From assembly GCA_045106415.1 (NCBI GenBank), contig JBGCEP010000043.1:9630-73629 (forward strand): a DNA stretch of 64,000 nucleotides. The letters are read 5' to 3'. The translations under genes and the position numbers were made by a program. Below are positions 56,970-64,000 of the stretch, piece after piece; the first letter of the stretch is position 1, and each line of letters starts with the position of its first letter. This DNA comes from Oligoflexales bacterium. Lineage in GTDB: Bacteria > Bdellovibrionota_B > Oligoflexia > Oligoflexales > Bog-1112. Under the pieces are notes generated by a model, which was given only the letters and a program-made list of their open reading frames with translations, ran no database searches and had not been told where the DNA came from.

Positions 56970-57452
56970 TCAAGTATAGATTGCTTTCCATCCTTGATCA
57001 TTCATAAACAAGCGGACACATCGAATCGACCTCTTTTCTGTCAACTCAAAAGAGTGTTTTCTATGTGCAGGAATAACAATCAAATCACCTGCTTCAGTTC
57101 GGACTGTATAGCGCCTTTGTTCATCCGCTGAGTACACGTGAAAAACACCCACTCCTTCAACAACAAACCGTACTTCATCATCTGTATGGATATGTTCACG
57201 CCTAAAATTCTTCAAGGTTTCATCAAGCCCTTGGGTATCAGGGTTAATAGCAATCACATCTTCGGCTTTATAGCCCCTTTCTTGCTTTAACCTTTGAATA
57301 TCATCTTTATAAACACGGACAACATCCTCCGAGGAATAAAGATTCCCCTCCCTCAAGCCCCACCGCTCATAAAGAATTCCTTCTTGTTCTAAAGTACTCT
57401 GAATCACGTGAGGTTCTGTGGTTATCGTTGAATTATATTTTAGTGTAGCCAT
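56970..57452 (-). CDS. mtnD: acireductone dioxygenase (ARD cupin)
   Basis: GILYERW, GY...DV, F.REHIHTDDEVRF...G.G.F, GDLIVIPA..KH.F, VRLF....GW.A.YT. Confidence 0.9.
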   Translation of the reverse strand: MATLKYNSTITTEPHVIQSTLEQEGILYERWGLREGNLYSSEDVVRVYKDDIQRLKQERGYKAEDVIAINPDTQGLDETLKNFRREHIHTDDEVRFVVEGVGVFHVYSADEQRRYTVRTEAGDLIVIPAHRKHSFELTEKRSIRCVRLFMNDQGWKAIYT

Positions 57453-57647
57453 AACGCTTCATCCTTCAAGCATAGAGGTCTATGTATTTATTTTATGATA
57501 CATCGGCACAGCCAAGCATCTTTATTTTTGTCTAGACAAAAAACTTCTCGGACGATCTTGTAACAAGTTCTCTACTCATAGTGCAAGATCGTAAAAAAAT
57601 GATATGACTACACTTCCATATGCCACAACGCCACTTATGAGAACACC

Positions 57648-58100
57648 ATGGCTCGAAAAACAACAACTCCAAAACCACAAAAAAACCACGATCATGACGA
57701 CATAGAGGATCATAAGATCATGGAAGAGTGGCTTGAAAACTGGGACGGCAGCATTGATAAAGAAGAAACCTCTCTACCCTCAAAACCAAAAGCACGCAAA
57801 GCACGCAATGTTCCTCACATTTGCTTAGATTTGCATGGATTGACAACTGTTTCTGCCAACGACACTCTCGACCGAAAGCTCAAGCAGTACCAAAAGCAGC
57901 ACGGTGAAATCCACCTAAAAATTATCACTGGACGTGGGATTCATAGCCCTGGTCAACCTGTTTTAGCAACAGAAGTTTACAATTACGTGCAAAGGTGTTA
58001 CAGCGAGTGGATCGTTTTTATAGAGTCTTCCCCTATGGAAACGCAGCTTGGCGGACTCCCTCTCCGAGGATGGTTTCAAGTCCACCTTAAATTTAGATGA
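57648..58100 (+). CDS. stand-alone Smr-domain protein
   Basis: LDLHGLT...A, IITGRGIHS.G.PVL. Confidence 0.85.
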   Translation: MARKTTTPKPQKNHDHDDIEDHKIMEEWLENWDGSIDKEETSLPSKPKARKARNVPHICLDLHGLTTVSANDTLDRKLKQYQKQHGEIHLKIITGRGIHSPGQPVLATEVYNYVQRCYSEWIVFIESSPMETQLGGLPLRGWFQVHLKFR

Positions 58101-58110
58101 AAGTAAGACT

Positions 58111-58998
58111 ATGCAGCACCCCGTCACTTGGGAACTACAAATTCAATTTTCAGGCACTCACTGCCCCGATAAAGATGTCATTGCATCCTGGCTGACCGCT
58201 CGCGGTATTGACACCTTCGTTGAAGGTGTTGTTGAGCTCGAACAAACAGACCTGTCTCAACCTGCTCCATCTTATGAGGCAAGTGGCGGTCTTAGCGCTC
58301 CTTTTTGCATTTATGATCACGACGCAGAAAAGCTTCAAACCTTACAGTCTGAACTAGCAAAATCTTTCCCATCACTCAACTTCACAACCAAAAGCTTCGC
58401 CACAGAGAGTTGGACAGAAGGTTGGAAGGAAAGCTTCAAGCCAATTTCAGCGGGGCGATTCACAATTCTTCCTCCATGGGAAAGCAATCCTAACACCAAC
58501 GCAATCTGGATTGATCCGGGCTTTGCTTTTGGGACAGGCCAACACGCAACAACAAGACTGTGCCTTGAACTTCTTGAAAAAATCCCGCCCAAAGGAGAAC
58601 TATTAGATGTAGGTACGGGATCTGGAGTTCTTTCTATTGCCGCTCATAAGCTAGGCTTTAGCAGGGTTGCAGGATGTGATATTGATCCTTACTCCATTAA
58701 AGCAGCAACAGAAAACTCAACTCGAAACGAATGTGCACTTGAGTTTTTTAAGGGAAGCGCTGGGGACAATAAGGAAACTTGGGATGTCGTTCTTGCAAAC
58801 ATCCTTGCTGTCGTTATCAAAGATATTTTCGACGATCTCTACAGTCGTATCAAACCAAATGGTTCAATTATCTTGTCTGGTTTTCTAACCAGTGATATTG
58901 AAGACATTGTTCAAGCTGGACAGAGCAGAGGTTTAACTCTCAAAGACCAGCGCCAAGAAGGCGACTGGGTCGCTCTTTTAATGACTCGAGCAGGGTAA
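58111..58998 (+). CDS. prmA: ribosomal protein L11 methyltransferase
   Basis: W...WK..FKP, IDPGFAFGTGQHATT.LC, LDVGTGSGVLSI, ANILA, ILSG. Confidence 0.95.
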   Translation: MQHPVTWELQIQFSGTHCPDKDVIASWLTARGIDTFVEGVVELEQTDLSQPAPSYEASGGLSAPFCIYDHDAEKLQTLQSELAKSFPSLNFTTKSFATESWTEGWKESFKPISAGRFTILPPWESNPNTNAIWIDPGFAFGTGQHATTRLCLELLEKIPPKGELLDVGTGSGVLSIAAHKLGFSRVAGCDIDPYSIKAATENSTRNECALEFFKGSAGDNKETWDVVLANILAVVIKDIFDDLYSRIKPNGSIILSGFLTSDIEDIVQAGQSRGLTLKDQRQEGDWVALLMTRAG

Positions 58999-59002
58999 CC
59001 AT

Positions 59003-59755
59003 ATGCGCCACCAATACCGCTTTCTTGCACAACCACTCGCCTCTGGGCTTTGGAAAATCGACGTGGAAGAAATTCATCACCTCAAAAAAGTCCTCAGACT
59101 CAATCCTGGGGACACTCTTGAGTTTTTTGACGGTCATGGAAAATCAGGCATTGGAACCCTCAGAGATTTAGACGGCAGCATCACACCTGACAATATAGAG
59201 ACGACTCCCCCTGCACCTCAACGTTTAGTCCTTGCGATGGGGGTTCTCAGGCCAAGCCACGCTGACGAAGTCATTCCTCAACTTGTTGAAACAGGGGCTG
59301 ACGAAGTTATCTTTTTTATGCAAGAAGGGACTTCTAAGCAGTTTATTAGCTCAAAAGTTCAAAAAAGGTGGGAACGAATTGCCTTATCCAGCGCAAGGCA
59401 GTGCAAACGGCCTTTTTTAATGAAAATGAACATTTTCAACACACTAGAGGACGTGATAGGCTATGTAGAGGACTTCTGTGCGAAAATACAATTAGCACCT
59501 GGAGCGACAACTTCACTGACAGAGGAAACTCACTCTTCAGTGAGAAGAGACACATGCATTGTTTTAGGAAGTGAGAAAGGTTTACTTCCTACAGAAGAGC
59601 AGAGTCTCGAACGTCATGGTTTTAAAAAATGTCACCTAGGTCAAGGAATATTACGAGCAACAACTGCGGCAATACTTGCCACAGGAATTGCGGCTATAAG
59701 TTTGATAGAAGTCCAAGCTGGAGGTGAGGGGAATGAGAAACAGAAGAAGTCTTAA
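59003..59755 (+). CDS. rsmE: 16S rRNA m3U1498 methyltransferase
   Basis: HHLKKVLRL..GD...FDG.G, E.G, A.QC.R, GSEKG, LG..ILRA.TA. Confidence 0.93.
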   Translation: MRHQYRFLAQPLASGLWKIDVEEIHHLKKVLRLNPGDTLEFFDGHGKSGIGTLRDLDGSITPDNIETTPPAPQRLVLAMGVLRPSHADEVIPQLVETGADEVIFFMQEGTSKQFISSKVQKRWERIALSSARQCKRPFLMKMNIFNTLEDVIGYVEDFCAKIQLAPGATTSLTEETHSSVRRDTCIVLGSEKGLLPTEEQSLERHGFKKCHLGQGILRATTAAILATGIAAISLIEVQAGGEGNEKQKKS

Positions 59756-60296
59756 GGCCGTTATTGAGCCTTACCGGCAAGTCCGCCTGGGCCTTGTCCT
59801 AGCAGCTCTGAATCTTACCTTCACTCTCATGTTAATGGGGGTCTTTGCATACTTTTTATTTGACATCTACCGTGTTCTTCAAGTGTACTTCAGACTCGAT
59901 GATATGCAGCGGCAGATTTCGATGGCAAAATTCGCATGGCCTCTTTTTGTATCAATTTTGCTGTCGGCAACATTTATTTCATTGACGGTTTGGTTTACCA
60001 TTCGGTACACCAATCGTGTGTATGGACCACTTGTAGCCATTCATCGATACTTGGATCGGTGGATTGATTTTCAACTTCCTATGACACCCATTGGGTTACG
60101 ACGAAAGGACCATCTCAAGGATTTGGCTGAGAAACTAAACTTCCTTGGAAGCCGTGAGCAACAAATTGCCACAGCCCTAGAACACATCATTGAGGGCAAA
60201 GAAGCTGACGTTCATTTTTTGGGCGATTCAACTCTTGCTAAAAATATTAAAAAAATTGAGGCAATCACTGTCGCATCCTCAAAACCACAACCCTAA
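59733..60296 (+). CDS. two-TM membrane protein with a HAMP-like segment
   Basis: R.RR....I....Q start, two TM helices, TNRVYGPL..I, LRRKD....LA...N. Confidence 0.65.
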   Translation: MRNRRSLKAVIEPYRQVRLGLVLAALNLTFTLMLMGVFAYFLFDIYRVLQVYFRLDDMQRQISMAKFAWPLFVSILLSATFISLTVWFTIRYTNRVYGPLVAIHRYLDRWIDFQLPMTPIGLRRKDHLKDLAEKLNFLGSREQQIATALEHIIEGKEADVHFLGDSTLAKNIKKIEAITVASSKPQP

Positions 60297-60313
60297 TCTA
60301 GAAGGGGAGCCAC

Positions 60314-62575
60314 ATGTCACAGGTTGACACTCGTGTTGAACATGTTCGCAAGTATTATCAAACTCTCGCATTAAAGCTTGAGAGCTACCGCAAGCAATGC
60401 GGTCGTCCATTAACCTATGCTGAGAAGGTTGTTTTTTCTCACTTAGACAAAGACGACAACGTCGCAAGCCTCAAACGTGGCGAAAGCTTTATCATGCTTC
60501 GCCCCGACAGAGTTGCAATGCAAGACGCGACAGCTCAGATGGCGCTTCTGCAGTTTATGCAGTCTGGAAAAAAACAAGTCTCTGTACCAAGTACAGTTCA
60601 TTGTGATCACTTAATTTTAGCTCGTAGCGGTGCAACCAAAGACATGGACGTTGCCAACGAAGAGAACGCAGAGGTTTTTAACTTCCTCAAAAGTTCTTCC
60701 GCTAAATACGGCCTCGGTTTCTGGGGGCCTGGAGCAGGTATTATTCATCAAGTGGTTTTGGAAAACTATGCTTGGCCAGGCGGCTTGATGATAGGCACAG
60801 ATTCTCACACACCAAATGCTGGTGGCCTTGGTATGGCTGCAGTTGGTGTTGGTGGTGCTGACGCTGTAGATGTGATGGCTGGACAGCCTTGGGAGCTCTT
60901 AAACCCTGGCATTATTGGCGTTCATCTTAAAGGTTCTTTTCAACCATGGACCGCGCCGAAAGACATCATCTTAAAAGTTCTAGAAATCCTTACAGTTAAG
61001 GGTGGCACAAACCGAATTATAGAATACTTCGGTGAGGGCACAGAGACAATTAGCGCAACAGGAAAAGCAACCATCACAAATATGGGAGCAGAGCTTGGCG
61101 CAACAACTTCTCTTTTCCCATACGATGAAAAAATGGCAAACTACTTAAAAGCAACGGGTCGAGAAGCCATCTCTAACCTTGCTGACCAGTACAAAGCAGA
61201 GCTCTGCGCTGACCCTGAGGTTCTTAAAGATCCGAAGTCTTACTACGATCAAGTTATTGAGATTGACCTTAATGAGCTAGAGCCTTACATTGTCGGGCCT
61301 CATTCCCCAGATAAAGCTCGCCCCGTCTCAAAAATGCCTGCTGAAGTAAAAAAAGAGGACTACCCTCCTCGTCTATCAGCATGCCTTGTGGGAAGCTGCA
61401 CAAACTCTTCTTACGAAGATATCTACAAAGCCGCAAAAGTTGCGAGCAGCGCCCTTAACAAAGGTATTCGTTCGCGAACACGCTTTTTCATCTCTCCTGG
61501 TTCTGCACAGATTTATGCAACAATCCGCCGAGATGGACTTCTTCACACTTTGGAGAGTTTCGGCGGAACTGTACTCGCAAATGCTTGCGGCCCTTGTATT
61601 GGTCAGTGGCGTCGCGACGACATGCCAGATGGTGAACGCAACAGTATTGTTACTTCTTTTAACCGTAACTTCCGCGGTCGAAACGATGCCAACAAAGAAA
61701 CATTAAGCTTTATTGCAAGCCCTGAAATGGTTGTGGCTTATGCAGCGACAGGCGACTTGAGGTTTAACCCTCTCAAAGATTCTGTCATTGCACCAAACGG
61801 TGAAAAATTCAAACTCACAGCCCCAACAGCACCAGAGCTTCCAAAAGACGGCTTTATCACAACTCGTGACGGTTATGAAGAACCACCTCAAAGCTCCGAG
61901 CACGTGTCTGTTGAAGTTGAGGAAAACAGTGAACGTCTTCAAATTCTGTCTCCGTTTACAAAATGGGACAAAGAAGACTTTAAAGAGCACCAGCTCCTTG
62001 CTCGCGTGCAAGGGAAGTGCACCACTGACCACATTTCTCCAGCCGGAAAGTGGCTTCGTTTCCGCGGTCATCTCGACAAAATCAGTGACAACATGTTGCT
62101 CGGCGCTCAAAACGCTTTCCACAAGGAAGCAGGCCAAGGCACAAACCACACTGACAATAGCACTGGAACCTTGACATCTATCGCCAGAAACTACAAAACA
62201 CAAAACATTCGGTGGGTTGTCGTTGGAGATGAGAACTACGGCGAAGGTTCAAGCCGAGAACACGCAGCTATGTCTCCACGCTTCTTAGGTGCAAGCACGG
62301 TCTTAGTAAAGAGCTTCGCAAGAATTCACGAAACAAACCTCAAGAAGCAAGGCGTTCTTGCTCTCACGTTTAAAGACGCAAAAGATTACGACCGCGTCCT
62401 TGATGGTGACAAGGTTTCTGTCAGTGGATTGTCTGAGTTTGCTCCAGGCAAAGACTTAACTGTCACATTGACTCACAAAGACGGTAAGACTGAATCTTTC
62501 GCAGCAAAACACAGCTACAACAAAGATCAAATTCAGTGGTTCCAAGCTGGGTCAGCGTTAAATATCCTCCGCTAA
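60314..62575 (+). CDS. acnA: aconitate hydratase (mitochondrial-type)
   Basis: PDRVAMQDATAQMA.LQF, HCDHLI, GIIHQVVLENYA, GSCTNSSYED, NACGPCIGQW, NYGEGSSREHAA. Confidence 0.95.
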   Translation: MSQVDTRVEHVRKYYQTLALKLESYRKQCGRPLTYAEKVVFSHLDKDDNVASLKRGESFIMLRPDRVAMQDATAQMALLQFMQSGKKQVSVPSTVHCDHLILARSGATKDMDVANEENAEVFNFLKSSSAKYGLGFWGPGAGIIHQVVLENYAWPGGLMIGTDSHTPNAGGLGMAAVGVGGADAVDVMAGQPWELLNPGIIGVHLKGSFQPWTAPKDIILKVLEILTVKGGTNRIIEYFGEGTETISATGKATITNMGAELGATTSLFPYDEKMANYLKATGREAISNLADQYKAELCADPEVLKDPKSYYDQVIEIDLNELEPYIVGPHSPDKARPVSKMPAEVKKEDYPPRLSACLVGSCTNSSYEDIYKAAKVASSALNKGIRSRTRFFISPGSAQIYATIRRDGLLHTLESFGGTVLANACGPCIGQWRRDDMPDGERNSIVTSFNRNFRGRNDANKETLSFIASPEMVVAYAATGDLRFNPLKDSVIAPNGEKFKLTAPTAPELPKDGFITTRDGYEEPPQSSEHVSVEVEENSERLQILSPFTKWDKEDFKEHQLLARVQGKCTTDHISPAGKWLRFRGHLDKISDNMLLGAQNAFHKEAGQGTNHTDNSTGTLTSIARNYKTQNIRWVVVGDENYGEGSSREHAAMSPRFLGASTVLVKSFARIHETNLKKQGVLALTFKDAKDYDRVLDGDKVSVSGLSEFAPGKDLTVTLTHKDGKTESFAAKHSYNKDQIQWFQAGSALNILR

Positions 62576-62595
62576 TCACGCATAAGAATCTCTCG

Positions 62596-62633
62596 AAGAC
62601 CCAGCTTAAAGCATCCTTCAAGCTGGGTCTTTT
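62596..62633 (+). terminator. rho-independent terminator
   Basis: AAGACCCAGCTT...AAGCTGGGTCTT followed by TT. Confidence 0.75.
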
Positions 62634-62705
62634 AGAATCAACTCAGAATGAAACAATCAAATATTATAAAAAAATGCGCAAAACCGCTCTCAATTGAAAC
62701 ATCAC

Positions 62706-62735
62706 TTGACAGATGCACCCTTAAAGCTCTAAACA
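62706..62735 (+). promoter_or_regulatory. sigma70 promoter of the tRNA
   Basis: TTGACA-N18-TAAACA, 12 nt upstream of the tRNA. Confidence 0.5.
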
Positions 62736-62747
62736 TATCATTGTTGT

Positions 62748-62824
62748 CGCGGGGTGGAGAAGTCTGGTATCTCGTCGGGCTCATAACCCGAAGACCGTAG
62801 GTTCAAATCCTGCCCCCGCTACCA
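62748..62824 (+). tRNA. tRNA-fMet (CAT, initiator)
   Basis: 77-nt cloverleaf; anticodon arm TCGGG-CTCATAA-CCCGA with three G-C pairs; C1:U72 mismatch; GTTCAAATC T-loop; encoded CCA. Confidence 0.97.
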
Positions 62825-62849
62825 ACCTTTCTAAAAGAAAAAAACGACT

Positions 62850-62885
62850 AAACCCTATCACGTAAATCGGTGGAAGGGTTTTTTT
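62850..62885 (+). terminator. probable terminator after the tRNA
   Basis: Imperfect stem AACCCT...AGGGTT followed by a T-run. Confidence 0.5.
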
Positions 62886-62894
62886 GTACCTGGA

Positions 62895-63257
62895 GTGAAT
62901 TTGATGAATCTTTTAAGAACACGATTTTTAGCTCTTACCCTTCTTTGTTCTTTCGGAACAGTAGCAACCACTTCAAAAGCTGAGGCATCGATTGCAGAAA
63001 CGATGTTTGCATATGTTGCAACCACTCTAGCGGTTGGATTCACCTACGGAGTCTATTCTCAAGCAAAAGCTGAGCAAAAGGCACCAGTAGAAGTGTTGGG
63101 CCTCGCAAGCCGTAAAGTAGAACAAATGAGCGTACACCGTGAGTACAACAACATGTCAAAAAGCAGCAAGTGTTTTCTAGCCCCTGCTATATGGGGATAT
63201 GATTTAGCAACAGATTTGTACCCGACTTTAAAAGAGACTCGTAGCCAGTTTGAATAA
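62895..63257 (+). CDS. hypothetical secreted/membrane protein
   Basis: Signal peptide (AEA), second hydrophobic helix; GGAG upstream. Confidence 0.6.
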   Translation: MNLMNLLRTRFLALTLLCSFGTVATTSKAEASIAETMFAYVATTLAVGFTYGVYSQAKAEQKAPVEVLGLASRKVEQMSVHREYNNMSKSSKCFLAPAIWGYDLATDLYPTLKETRSQFE

Positions 63258-63292
63258 TTTCACAGAGACAATTAACCTCAAAAGGTGAACAG

Positions 63293-63682
63293 ATGAGAAT
63301 AGCATTTATACTAATTATCATGGTCATATTCTCGAGCTTTGCAAACGCAGGCACATGGACAGCAACCCCTGTCAAACATTGCAAGCACCTCATCAAGGCT
63401 GTTCAATCCCTACAGAGTCAGTCTACACCTGTAAAGGCAAGCGCCTTTACACTCGGTGCTGCACTTGGCGCTGGTATAGAGCAACAACGCAGAAGAGACC
63501 AGAGTTTCACCAAAGTAGAATGTGACCACATGTGTTTCAAAATCACAACGGTTCTCAGCCCATTTATCTTTCGGTTTCCGTTACTGCCAATTTTTTCAGG
63601 ACGCCTCGTCGGAAGTGAACTCTATGACTATATTTCTCGTGATCCAAAAGATTCTCCGCAGAACGGTTTAGACAAAAAATGA
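63293..63682 (+). CDS. hypothetical secreted protein
   Basis: Signal peptide (ANA); glycine-rich hydrophobic AFTLGAALGAG; AAGGT RBS. Confidence 0.6.
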   Translation: MRIAFILIIMVIFSSFANAGTWTATPVKHCKHLIKAVQSLQSQSTPVKASAFTLGAALGAGIEQQRRRDQSFTKVECDHMCFKITTVLSPFIFRFPLLPIFSGRLVGSELYDYISRDPKDSPQNGLDKK

Positions 63683-63963
63683 AAACGAATCAGAAAATAT
63701 TTCAATCCCCTTTGTTTTACATTGCTGTCATTGAGCTGTGGTTATCTTTCATTGTGTATGATTACGCGATATCTAAAGAATTTAACTTTTTTACAAGCCT
63801 GGTTTTTGGCTTCGGATTTGTTGTTTTGAATCACAGAGTGGGACAAGGTTTTTTTGGCCCCAACCTGAATTTTGCACCTCTACGAGTCCTCGTAGTGATT
63901 CTTGTGATTAGTATGGGGGGGGTTGCAGCAGCTGACCAAAAATCTGCTCATGTCTGTTTATGA
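63679..63963 (+). CDS. small three-TM membrane protein
   Basis: Three hydrophobic segments; ATGA overlap with the preceding ORF. Confidence 0.55.
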   Translation: MKTNQKIFQSPLFYIAVIELWLSFIVYDYAISKEFNFFTSLVFGFGFVVLNHRVGQGFFGPNLNFAPLRVLVVILVISMGGVAAADQKSAHVCL

Positions 63964-64000
63964 CGGGGTTACGGGGAAGTTTTTAAACATCTGACGATTT

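Noticed and set aside
56822..57007. 61-aa ORF across the DnaA-box region
   Set aside because: No RBS or protein-like features; better explained as non-coding.
57125..57146. parS-like CACGTGAAA inside mtnD
   Set aside because: Only 11 of 16 positions match TGTTTCACGTGAAACA and it is not palindromic.
2225..63396. Numerous 60-170 aa antisense or nested ORFs in the track
   Set aside because: They lie within well-supported genes on other frames and show no motifs; treated as shadow ORFs.
1..64000. CRISPR array, cas genes, rRNA, prophage
   Set aside because: No regularly spaced direct repeats and no cas, rRNA or phage hallmark sequences seen.

Overview
Bacterial chromosomal window, mostly housekeeping. 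The marker families (TIGR02147-like regulator, TIGR04552-like RelA/SpoT-fold protein, CglF/GltF-like gliding protein, mitochondrial-type aconitase) suggest Bdellovibrionota/Oligoflexia; this is an inference. Contents: ybeY and trmB; RNase P RNA; a ccmABCDEG operon without ccmF/H; lon and an IscS-type desulfurase; a lolE-lolD-bamA-skp-fabZ-lpxA-lpxB-msbA-lpxK envelope operon; an accessory zone at about 26.6-33.2 kb (TIGR02147 regulator between two lipoproteins, a decayed IS630 transposase, an effector-like lipoprotein); lipid/acyl-CoA genes; hemE; gpmI; mazG; an unusual rpsR-rpmB-(small basic ORF)-rpsT operon; priA; clpP; an OmpR-type two-component pair; mtnD; prmA-rsmE; aconitase; tRNA-fMet. 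Main observations beyond the ORF track: (1) a recurring sigma28/FliA-like promoter motif in front of non-flagellar, mostly secreted genes; (2) a GC-rich structured RNA candidate at about 16.08-16.23 kb behind the same promoter motif; (3) a DnaA-box cluster at about 56.8 kb that may be an oriC with no dnaA in the window; (4) a 38-aa Thx-like basic protein inside the ribosomal operon, plus a structured rpsR leader; (5) a secreted protein with a eukaryote-like KCTD-type BTB domain; (6) a multi-hairpin leader occluding the lon SD. No CRISPR array, rRNA or intact mobile element was seen. All family calls come from motif recognition by eye, not from database searches.
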